Shown here: positions 22,127 to 33,700 of the stretch, in pieces | Layout of the letters: every line of letters starts with the position of its first letter | Numbering within the stretch: the stretch's first letter is position 1 | Source: Sphaerodactylus townsendi | Taxonomy: Eukaryota | DNA: 64,000 bases | Assembly: GCF_021028975.2 (NCBI RefSeq) | Contig: NC_059432.1 | Coordinates: forward strand, 82,770,001 to 82,834,000 | Reading direction: 5' to 3' | Program-made: the position numbers and the translations under genes | The notes under the pieces: generated by a model | The model's database searches: none | Told to the model about the DNA's origin: nothing | The model's input: only the letters and a program-made list of their open reading frames with translations

Positions 22127-23737
22127 GTAAGTACACTTCTTACGACAGACATCTGCAGCTGCGTTTTGTAAATACAGATGTCATCAACTATGAAGTATGG
22201 CTCACTATATGTTAGGTCAAAAAGTACACAATTAACTGAGTTGTCCAATAATGGTCAGTTATTGAGTAGATATATGCCCCCCAGACATTAAACTCAAAAC
22301 TACTGTAATCAGTTATTTACAGCTAATAAAGTTATAGGCGTAAAATATGTATTTCACTGTTCTTGAACACATTACCTTATCTCTCCTCAGGTCTTACTTA
22401 GAACTCCTTGGATAGCATATGAAGTCACAAATACTGTATAAATTGTAACTAAATGGAAATGGCAGCTGTAAACGACAAGATTTCAGTGCAGTTAGGGTTA
22501 AAGGCAGGAGGTTATGGCTCCTTAATGAAGTATGTATATGTTCATACCAGTAGTCCTGCAGGAATAAGAACCCCTTATATGTTTGCCATCAACTCACTTG
22601 AGAAAATTCTGTTTTACAATATTTACTGCCTCCTTCATGAAGTCACTGATAGTGGTAAAATAATTTATTTGCCACTCTGTGATATATATATCTGTCCCAA
22701 AACTCAGATCAAGCCCAGGATGTGGTTTGTAAGTGTGTACTTTCATCACACTGCTGGGGAGTATCCTAAGTAGCAAATACATACACAGAGAGGTTAGTCC
22801 TTGGCCCACATTGGAGACATTGTGGTGACTGAAGGGGGAATTTCATCATCCAACTCAAGGGGCTTCTGGAGCTCACTGGTACCGTATAGCTGCTGTGTGA
22901 AGAGTCTCTGTGAGGGCTCGATGGTACATTCTCAGAACTCCTTATATGGTCACTGGCCATCTCTGGCTTTCATGTTGTGATTACCTGAACTCACAAAGAT
23001 GGTGTAAGACAAAGAACATGGAAAGAACCCCAGGTTTCCTCTTCCAGGCCTTTCCTTCCTCTGGTCAAATTCAAGTCATCACTTGTATTCCATAACATCT
23101 ACATTTATTAAATTGTAGGCAGGCTAAAGTGAGAGAAAAGGTTATGGGGTAATAGAATATGTAAGTATGCCTGTGACGTTACTTTTGATGATGCATTGCT
23201 TAAACAGTTTAGCATATTTAAATGAATCCTGTGATCTTTCAGTTAAAGGACTAAAAAGGGATGTCCCTCCCCCTTTAAAATGTTTGCTTAATTAAATGGG
23301 TGTATTTGTTTTGTTGCTCCTGTCTAGTATTGCTTAAGATGGATTAATGACCTACCTGTTTCCAATACTAGCAAGACATTTCCCAATTAACATAATGCTG
23401 CCAAAGAGAGTGACTCCACACCTGTTTGTTCCAGAGAAAATCCAGTCCTTGAATATATCAATCTAATCTGAGTTAGGAAATATCTCTTTGGATCTCAGTG
23501 GATGAGCTTTGTTTCTTGGGCCCTTCTTCCCAAGTCTCAGTGTTCAAAATGGCTTTTCTTCTCTCCAATATATATGTTAGTTATTTTAGAATAAAGACAA
23601 AATCATCCCTCAAAAGCGATATCTTGGTATAGTGTTAGAACCTGCCTAGGTTCTTAAATGTATAAGAAAGAAAGATTGACTTCTTCATGTGCATGTGTTG
23701 ACTCCCTTCCCCTTTATTTGGAATAACTGCATAATTT

Positions 23738-24220
23738 AAATTTGGGCTCCCTAGTTTAAACACCATTGAAAATAATGCTGTTTGGGGGTGGAATCCAGCA
23801 TCACTTGTTTAAACTAGGGAGCCCAGATTCTCCTTTTAAATCCACCTTAAAGGGGGAATATGAGATTCCCAGTTTAAACAACATTGAAAGTGATGCTATT
23901 TTTGGGTTGATTCTCCCCCGCCCTGAAACAGCATCCCTTTCAATGTTTAAACTGGGAACCTCAGATTCTCCCTTTCAATCCATTCCAAAGGGGGGGATTT
24001 AAAAGGAGAATCTGGGGAAATTTGGGGGATGCCTGCTGTCAGGGGTGCAGTTGTTAAGCTAGCAGCACCAAACTTTTAGGGTATCTTTAGGAGACTCTCC
24101 TAATGATACCACCCAGGTTTGGTGAAGTTTGGTTCAGGGGGTCCAATGTTATGGACCCTCAAAGGTGTACCCCCATCTTCTATTAGCTCCCATTGGAAAC
24201 AATGGGGGATGGGGGTACCC
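23738..24220. mobile_element. Truncated fragment of a repeat-rich DNA transposon related to 24839-26164
   Basis: Internal inverted repeats (ctccctagtttaaac / gtttaaactagggag); 24060-24215 is similar to 24977-25135. Confidence 0.65.
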
Positions 24221-24399
24221 ATCAGCCTCTGTCGGCATGGCCAATTAGCCCATGCTGGTAGAAACTGATAGAGATATGGACTAATCTGGAAGAATGCGAT
24301 TCCCCTGCACTAGAAGAATGTCCCCAAAACACTTGTCAAAATACTGCCCTCCATTTTCCCAAGCACCCGGCTTATACATTCATAAAATTCACCTCAATC

Positions 24400-27320
24400 C
24401 TAAAATATTCAATACAAACCAAGGATTAAATAGCAGATGATGCAATACACAAATTAAAACTTAAAATGCAAATTTAAACATTTAAATTATTCTTAATTTA
24501 AATTATTCTTAATAATTTAAATTCTTAATAATTTAAAAGGTACTTTAAAATTATATTATAAAAATATTTAAGTCCCACTTAATCCTGCGGCACGATACAA
24601 ATATGCTGTACTTGATACTTTATTGCGCAATACTTAGCAACCTGACTGGGGAGATGAGCATTTTCACCAGAGAACAACATTTTAATCTCATTTTCTTCTG
24701 AGCCTCCAAAAAGTTTGTTCAGCAGAGAGGCAATAATCTTAGATTGGTCTACATTATAAAAGGGGCACCTGAAAAAGACGCGCTAATGGGTTTCTAATTA
24801 CCCTGACTTACATGGGCACACTCCAGCATGGTGGAGGACACTGGCGTAATGCCCATTGGGCAAGGTGGGCAGCTGCCCAGGGCATCACCTTGTGGGGGGC
24901 ATCAAAATGCTGGGTTCGTTTTTGGGTATTTTTAATGGTTTTCCATTTTTCGCCTGCAGGGGGCGCATTTTTTAGGCTAGCGGCACCAAAATTTCAGCAT
25001 ATCATCAGGAGACTGTTCTTATGCTATCCCCCAGGTTTGGTGGGGTTTGGTCCAGGGAGTCCAAAGTTATGGACTCTCAAAGGGGGTGTCCCTATCCCCC
25101 ATTGTTTCCAATGGGAGCTAATAGGAGATGGGGGCTACAGTTTTGAGGGTCCATAACTTTAATCCCTGAATGCTACTGCACCAAGCTTGAGGCTATCATT
25201 AGGGCAGTCTCCTGATGAGACCCTGAAAGTTTTGAGACTGTGCCTTCAGAAATGTGCCCCCCCCAGCCTGCAACCCCCATTGACAGCAATACAGAAAACT
25301 CAATGCAGAACAAAGATTCTTGGGCAAATTTGGGGATATTCTTGCAGGGGGGGCATTCTTGGACGTATCATCACCAAAATTTCAGGGTATCATCTGGAGA
25401 CTGTCATGATGGCACGCCCAATGTTTGGTGCAGTTTGGTTTAGGGAGTCCAAAGTTATGGACCCTCAAAAGGGTATCCCCCTTCTCCTTAGCAAAGAATG
25501 TGGGATGGGGTACCCCCTTTGAGGGTCCATAACTTTGGACCGTTCATTCAAACTGCACAAAACATGAAATTATCCCCATCAGGACAGTTTCCAAATGATA
25601 CCACAATTATTAACCAATACATCCAAAAATGCGCCCCCTTCAGGAACATCCTAGAAATTTGCCCGAGAATCTTTGTTCTGCATTTAGTTTTCTGTATTGC
25701 TGTCAATGGGGGTTGCAACTGAGAACACATTTCTGAATGCACAGTCTCAAAACTTTCAGGGTCTCATCAGGAGAACTGCCCTGATGATACCAAGGTTCAG
25801 TGCAGTTTGGTTCGGGGGGGTAAAGTTATGGACCCTCAAGGCTATGGCCCCCATCTCCTATTGGCTCCCATTTGGAAGCACAATGAGGGATGAAACACCC
25901 CCTTTGAGGAATCCCATAACTTTGAACTCATTGAATAAACCTCACCAAACAAGGGGAGTAACATAAGGACAATCACCTATTGATATCTTGAGACTTGATG
26001 CTGATATGTCTAAAAATGCACCCCCTACAGTATAATATCCTGAAGTGCCAAAAAAAAATGGAACGTTAGTGGTGGAGTGGCCGCCCATGGGGGTGGGGGG
26101 GGGCATCCAACTCAGGTTTTGCCCAGGGCTACAGTTTGCCCAGGGCTGCCTCGTTATGCCCCTGGTGGAGGATAAGGCATAGCAACTCGCTAAGACGAAT
26201 GCCCTCCTATGGCTCTCCCCACCCCCAACCCACGCCCCCCGCCAGAAAGTAAAAGCAGGCTGGCAGAGCAAGAACACAGAACTAGAAGGTACAATGAACA
26301 CAGGTGATCTCAAAAGTCCAATCTTTGATCATCAGCCTTATCATTTGCTTTGCTTGGTCTCTGCCTATGTCACCCAAAGCTTGGAGGGAGAAACCAAGAC
26401 TTTCTGATCTACTTTCAATGGTACTGTGCCATTTAGATTTGAAGTTGTCACAAAGAATCAGCAGACCATTTGGGTCAAAATGTATATTTAACCATAGCAA
26501 AATGGATGCAAGTCCAATTCTTGTTTTGACGATCAGCATACCCGTTTCTAACCCCACCAACCAATTAGGCACACATTCAGGAACTTGAAGAACTGCTCTA
26601 AAGAACATTGACTGAACCAGCAATAATGGTACAAAACAAGAAGCAGGTGGACTGAGATGTGTCCAAAATAGCATTGGAGTTTCTGTTTTAGCCTGAAACA
26701 GTCTGAGGGCAGCTAGTACAAAATAGGTCCTCGTTGTATGAATCTGATTATATTGTGGCTAGATCTCTCCCCTAAATTTGCTGCATATTTTGCAATTCCA
26801 CCTTCGAAACAGAGGCCTGAGGTATTACTCCTGGATACCTAAAACTATTTACTTGTTTTGGCCTCTGCCCTTTTATATGCCAGGTCCTGATTCTTCGGCA
26901 TTTGCCAAAAACATAACCCTGGTTTTATTATAATTAATTGTAAGATGTTCATTATCAAAATACTCAGCTAATTTGGCAAGAGCTGTTTCCATACCAAGAG
27001 GTGTTCTCAATATTTTAACTACACCATCAGCATTTAATAAAACCAAAATGTTCCAGTGCAAGAGTTGTATTAGGGTAGCTGACGAGGTTGTTATAATAAA
27101 AAGCATGGGAGCTAAGAGACAACCCTGTCAGACTCCTTTGTAGATGTTAATCGTGTCTGTGAGAGTCTCTTTTCTGCTGCACCTAATTCTTAATGCTATC
27201 TGTCCATAAAGGCCTTGGATGAGGGGGAAAAGCCTCTTATTGATTGAAGATGCTTCCAATTTGGCTCATAATATGGGTCATGAAAGAGACTCAAATGCCA
27301 CCTTAAGATCAACAGAGTTA
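24400..27320 (-). mobile_element. 5'-truncated degenerate non-LTR retrotransposon (RT domain to 3' end), interrupted by a hAT insertion
   Basis: Minus strand reads DLKVAFES, KGV*QGCLLAPMLF, LLNADG (YADD-like), INYNKTRVM, RRAFVLA and VFFRCPFY; stops and frameshifts present; clade not assigned. Confidence 0.8.
24839..26164. mobile_element. 1.3 kb fold-back non-autonomous hAT element
   Basis: TIR cactggcgtaa / ttatgcccctg, perfect 8-bp TSD gtggagga (24831-24838, 26165-26172), long internal inverted arms. Confidence 0.88.
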
Positions 27321-27506
27321 TGATCATTCTAGTTGCTACCGAGTGCAAAGCTGGATGCATCTGACCTAGATACTAATTCTGTAATCAGAAAACTTTGTCT
27401 AAAGTTTACCACTAAAACCAAAACATTTAGCTAGCAGCCACTGAAGCCTAGTTTGTGCAACAGCTCGCTTCTGTAATTTAATCTGAAGAACAAAATGTGG
27501 ACTTAC

Positions 27507-27732
27507 TCGAGTTGGAACAAAGAGGGAACAAGGGGAATGGTTGAGGCCTCCTAGATGTGCTTTTTGTGAAGACACAGAAAACGATTCAGCTGAACATGAG
27601 CTGTAGGGACTCACAGCTGGCTGGGGTTTGACTATGGCTGTTAGCTTCTGGTTTCCTGTTTCAGATCGATGGCCATGGGAAAGATTTATTAAGGCACTGG
27701 CTGGCATACGGTACCCTCTGGCAGGTGAGCAC
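27507..27732 (-). CDS. XRN1: XRN1 exon 31 (226 nt), last exon on the minus strand
   Basis: [38 protein letters not shown]...[13 protein letters not shown]|GTAAGT, phase 0 donor. Confidence 0.95.
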
Positions 27733-30700
27733 CTAAAGGAAGAGCAAAAGGCTAATAAAGTTTTTCTGTTAGGCTGATTGCCCACAATTATTAAGTGGTC
27801 AGGTCAAATGTGGGTAGCAGATTTTTGAAATATAATTCCAAAACCCCTTTTAATGCTACAAATGGAAGGTAAGGTGAAACTAGCAATGGATGTAGAACTC
27901 TAACCTAGGAAACCTGGGTTCAGATCCCTCTTTTATGAAGACCACTGGGTGGTCTCATGCTTTTTACTTACTGTTCCTCTTCATCTATAAAATAACCAGG
28001 AAAAAGGGAGGGTGAGGGGGGTCTTACTACCAACCAAAGGGCAAACCAAACTAAACACCAGAAAACCAAAAAAGAATTCAAGAAACATCATGAATTCTAA
28101 TATAAAAAGTATGACAAGATAATAGTTTGAAACAAATACACAAACAAATAATTAAACTGTGTTTACATATTGTCTATATTTTATGAGTGCGTTTGTTTCA
28201 AGTCATTTGGCTGTTTTTGTCGATGTGTTCTATGTGCATTAGATTTTTTCAAGCTTTTTCCTTTTTCCCCCACCTCATCTACAAAGTAACAAAGTTTATC
28301 TCTACAAACCTAATTGTTAAGCCTCCATGAAACTCTTCATCAAACAGTACTTCGTACAGCACATCAGATTCTCTGCTAGCTGAAAAAAAAATATGAAGAG
28401 CACAATATGATGCAGTGATGCAGACTCACACTACTGTGATGCAACAGGAATTCTCTATTGATTTATTCTCTCATTACTCCTCACAGATTTCCAACCTATC
28501 CATAACACAGCTTAAAGCTATATATAAGATTACCATACTAATGGTTATTCCAAAAATGACAAATATTCAGCAAGAAGGAAATGAGGCACTAATGAAAGAG
28601 AAATAGTTTTTGTTTAGCACTACTGGTCTCTTCTTCAAATGCTGAACTGTCATCCTTTGTCGTTCATCCAGACCACACAGGTTAACAGCATTAGCAGATT
28701 TTATATGTACACAAAAGTTTACATCATAAACAATTTAAATAATGCATTATTTTTACCTTGATTCTAATGCAATAAATGATTTTCAAATTCTTCTAAAAGC
28801 TGAGAGTTTGTCATAAATAAGAGATGTAATTTTACCTCCTTTAATTCCAATTATGGTACCACGAAGACCAGTGGGAACTGAAAAGCTCTCTCTCACATTC
28901 ACAACACGGTCAAACAGTCGATATTCTGCATCTCGGTCTGGTACGGTTCCATGCTGCTGTTCTAAAGGCTGGTAGGAATCAATACTAATGAAATCACAGC
29001 AAGTCTCCAATCGTGTTCTACTTTCAGATTTCACAACAAAATCACTAACATATGCCACTAACAATTAAATACATCTAAATTCTATGCACAGAAGCATAAC
29101 CCTTTTCTACTCCAGCAGCCAGAAGTACATCCCTAGGGATGGGGGATCCCCAGGAGCAGAATGAGAGGAAATTGGAGTGCTGCTGTGGGAGAGAAGAACC
29201 CTGTGAATGTGGATCTTATTATCGGGATCCAACCCACTATGTCAAATCAATCAAATCCATCTTTATTGGCATATCTGTGAAAGGCTATAAAATAACAATA
29301 ATTAAAAAGTGAGTTGAACAACTATCAGTGTTATAAAGAAACACATGAATATCACAATAATTTGACAATCTTTGCTTTAAAAATCTTCCCCCAGAATTTT
29401 GCCACCAATTCAGTAATTAGAGAGTTATGATCATGTGACAAGTACTGGATTGTCTGCTCCTTATTTACAGGTATTTTGGCCTAAACTGTGTGCCACAAAT
29501 TACATCAGAAGTATCTACGTGCTTAATGAAACTACTGCTAGTCTACACAAAGGAAATTTATCCATGGCATCTGTAAGATTCTCCATGCAACATTTCTAGA
29601 ATTAAACAGTTAAACACCCCCCCCCCAACCAGCTAGAAGTACCTGCTATGAAGGTAAAATCAAAATATGCCTCGTTACTATGGATAAGGTAACACCTATC
29701 ATTGACAAATTTAGCCCTGAACATTTTAATTAAGATTATACTTTGAAGTACGACAACCCAGAAGTCTTTATAAAGCATGAAGAATCTCATTTTAATATCT
29801 TACAATCAATCAAATAGTCAAAACTTACTCTGTATAACAAGTGGGGTTTCACAGTCACACGCACTTTCTTATTACTTTTTCTTTGCTGAAGGAATAAGAG
29901 ATGAAAACTAATAGAATAAACCATTCAAGGACTGCATAACCTTATAAAAATAATACTTTTCAGCACAAATCAACAACCCACTCTTCCCTTCTTTACAACA
30001 TCACCCATATTCAGGTAATCATGCCTATAGATTAATGTCATCTTTGCCTGGGGAGCCTTAAGCAATAGAACACTGGTATTAGAAGAAAGATCATCAGGAC
30101 TGTCATGAACATGTCAGAAGTTAGGCAAGTCTAATATCTCAAGTAAAATCTGAGGTCTCTAATTTCTCCAGGCTAAAGGGAAAGTCATGTTTGGTTTCCA
30201 AACTGCAGATCAAAACCCAGATAGAAACTTTACAACAACATGACAGTAATTTGTTCTTATTCAATAGGGTTTTAGGCATTCTTGGAATAGCTGACCTCTA
30301 TGATGGATCTCAAACTGTTCAGCAGTCTACTTGTAGAGGAGGAGGGTAGAATCAACTGCTACTTGAGAACACAAATCTTACAGAAATCTTATTACACAGT
30401 CCTAAGTGTAGTGTAACTATCAGCCTATTAAGACTAGATAGATGTGGTTCAAACCCTGTACGCTGCCTTAAATTCCTTAAGACAGAAAGGCAGCTAATAA
30501 ATGTTTTAAATAAATAAATAATAAATTCCTACCCCACCACGAAGCTCACTAAGTGACCAGTTACTCTCAAGGTGCTGAGTAAATCTTTCATTATTACTTC
30601 CTGATTCCTTTATTATTACTTCCTTTTCTCAACACCTTGATTCTTTTTTCTGCTGCTCCTGTGGCCCAGACTTCTTCTCAGTCATTCTCAGACAAATATA

Positions 30701-33700
30701 ACTCATGGGGCTGTTGTGAGTTCATAAGATAAGCATCTGAACATAACAAGCTCCCTGGAGGAATGGTGGGTAATAAAACTGTAACATATTAAAAACCTTC
30801 CTAAACAAGCATAGCTTCTTCGACTCAATGCTAACATCTCTGGAATACTAATGGGCATACAACTGATCAGGCCTGGTGAACAGGTAAAACTACTAATATC
30901 TTCTTCCAAGTTATAAAGCAGCTTACAATTCAAAGTTAATCCACAATTATTTTTAAGTTAACTAAGTACATATTTCTAACAGCACTAGCAGAATCTATTT
31001 TAAATAATTTACAGTCCTATTTACTATGCACTGTTATAAGAAACATTTGTAGTTCCTTTGCCTTTTTAAAAAATACCTTGCACTTTTCTATTTCTTCTTC
31101 AATCTTCTCAACAATGGCAGCATCCAGAATTTGTAAATCACAGGAAGAACGAGAAAGAGTACTAACAGGATGAGCCTTTAACCATGCAACGATTTCTTGA
31201 ACTTTCTCGGCACTAGATGAAGAATTATTCCAGATTAATAAATATCCGCAATAATACATTTAATTTCGACTATGACTAGGACACAAAAACATTGTCAGAA
31301 TAAAGCTTGCACAGCAGTTATCCACCGAACAGCAAATTCAGTTGCTGAGCTTGCAGACAGTTGAAAGCATAAAATTTAGTTTTCCTCAACTAGTTATATT
31401 TGTATCCCAATAATTATTTACTTGCTTACTATAATTATCTACTTTCCCTATTAGGGACAGTTATTAGGATGAAGAGGCTGGTTATGCTAGCATATTATTC
31501 TGCTTTAAAAATCAAACAAAGCAAGATTCTATCTGCTAAAAATCACTGCCAAAAACAGCTTTCCATTACTGTATCAGGTCACTACAGTACTTGAGCATTT
31601 TAAAATTTCTGATAAAATGGAAGATGAAATATCTGAAATCTCCAGAGCATCAACATGAACCTCCTGTGAAGATTTGTGCTTTTCAGTTTACTAACAGTTA
31701 AGTACTGGTCGTACAAGAGTTAAGGATGATAATTTCAGATTCAGGAAGATAGAAGACAGTTCTGATTATGAATTTATTATGAGGTTGGGGGCATCGAGTG
31801 AAGAGTGATGCAAAATGAAATGCAATGTCTGGGGACTGCGGAAGCTGGACTTGGCTGCACCCCCACCCCTGGCAGGCACCGCCTCTTATCTTATGGAGGT
31901 TCAAGATGCTGGGGTCACAGAAGGACTGAGGGAGAAAGGTCCCTGGCCCAAAGAAGCAGGGGGATGCAAGGGTCATGGAGCAACAACCCGAATGCAGAGC
32001 ACTGGGTGAACCACGGCTAGAAAGAAGCTGTGAGTGCTGGGAGGAGAGAGGTTGACAGCCTGACACTTGAGACAGGGCCCAGCCACAGTCACATGAGCCT
32101 TTCTCAGGAGAAAAACTCTATTTGAGGCCACAAGATGGACCCCACTAGGTGGGACGTCAGGGGCACAGCCTTGGACCCCAGAGTGAGACATCTGAAACTT
32201 AATGTTTCACAAAGAAAACTGCCCTGAGCCCAAAAGGGAAAAGGTAGTATAGAAATATCGTAATAAGTTAACAAATAACATATTTGGTGGGATAGTCCTG
32301 AATTCTAATGTTTCACAAATGGAGCGTCAGTCATAAAAAGGAACTTCCTGACCCCCTCCACTCCCCACAAATTCTGCTGCCAAGAGCCAGTAGGTCCCTG
32401 GAAACAACTCAGTGTCTAAGTGGAATCAGGGAACTGCTGGAAATCACTGGTGGCACAAGTGACTTCTGCAAACAGAAAGGATATTAGGCTATAAACCATA
32501 GGATAACTATAGCTACATAATGGATTCAGAAGATGATACAAGTATTGGGTTACAGTAATAATAAGACAAGGTTGCATAATGGTTACAATGTCAAACAAGG
32601 AACTGGGAGAGTCAGATTTGAATCTCTACTCTATCATGCAAGCTTGTTGTGACAACTTGGGCCAGTCAAATATGCTCTGTTCAACCTACCTCACAGGGTT
32701 ATTTTGAGAACAAAATAGAGGTCAGAAGAACTATATAAGCCACTTTGGGTCTCCAGGGAGAAAGGCATGGATAAATTAAGTAAATATATTATAATTAATT
32801 AATGTGCAATTGTATTGGATGCAGAGAATGATCCATGGTTCAACATTTATTTCTTGGTATTTGCAATTTGATGTTTTTTAAAAGAATCAGAATTTTAAAA
32901 TTACCTGGTTCTTTACAAAAGATATATTTCCAAACTTCAAATAATAAAATATTTTCATAAAACTTTCACATACATGTTTATTAACAGCTAAACCTGATTA
33001 ATTTTAGTATATGTCGATCAAGAAATTCTTAAAGCTTTAGCTTACAAGTATACTTACTGTGCATTATCCACTCAGTTTGTTTAGCACTACGACCATTGTT
33101 ACTTTATATAACCTATTTTGTAATGTTATGATTATCAATGCCTTTGTTATGTGATGTTATGATGTTGAAACGTTGAAATGTGGATGTTGTTATTCTATGA
33201 TGTTATGTTAAGATTATTGATGCCTGTTTTGTGATATTATGATGTTTGAAATGAATATTTAAAACGTTATATTTATTGTAATTCAGAATGTTTTGTTACA
33301 CTACTATGTTTATTTATTTCATGCTTATTGATATTATGTTCTTTGATGGTTGTTGTTTAATGTGATGATTATTGATAGTGTGATCTGCAGCTGTTGTTCA
33401 CCGCCCTGAGCACTTCGGGGGAGGGCAGTATACAAATCTAATCAATCGATCAATCAACAGTGCAAACACTTATGACCTGAGAGGAGGGGGAGACCCAAAA
33501 CCAAACATGTGTGATTAGTAAGGCAACAGGTAAAAGCATCAGCTATTTGGTGGTTACTTGCAGACCAGTTCTAGCAATAGGTATCATTCACACATTCCTA
33601 GGAGGTTGAAGCAGACTTTTCCGTTGAATATGGGATTTTCTCTGCCAAATCCAAAACAATACTCTGTATGTAGACTGCCTAGGTATCTACTGTAGCTCTA

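Noticed and set aside
24812-26674. Cluster of 60-130 aa ORFs on both strands
   Set aside because: They derive from a palindromic non-autonomous transposon and a decayed LINE; no transposase or host-gene similarity.
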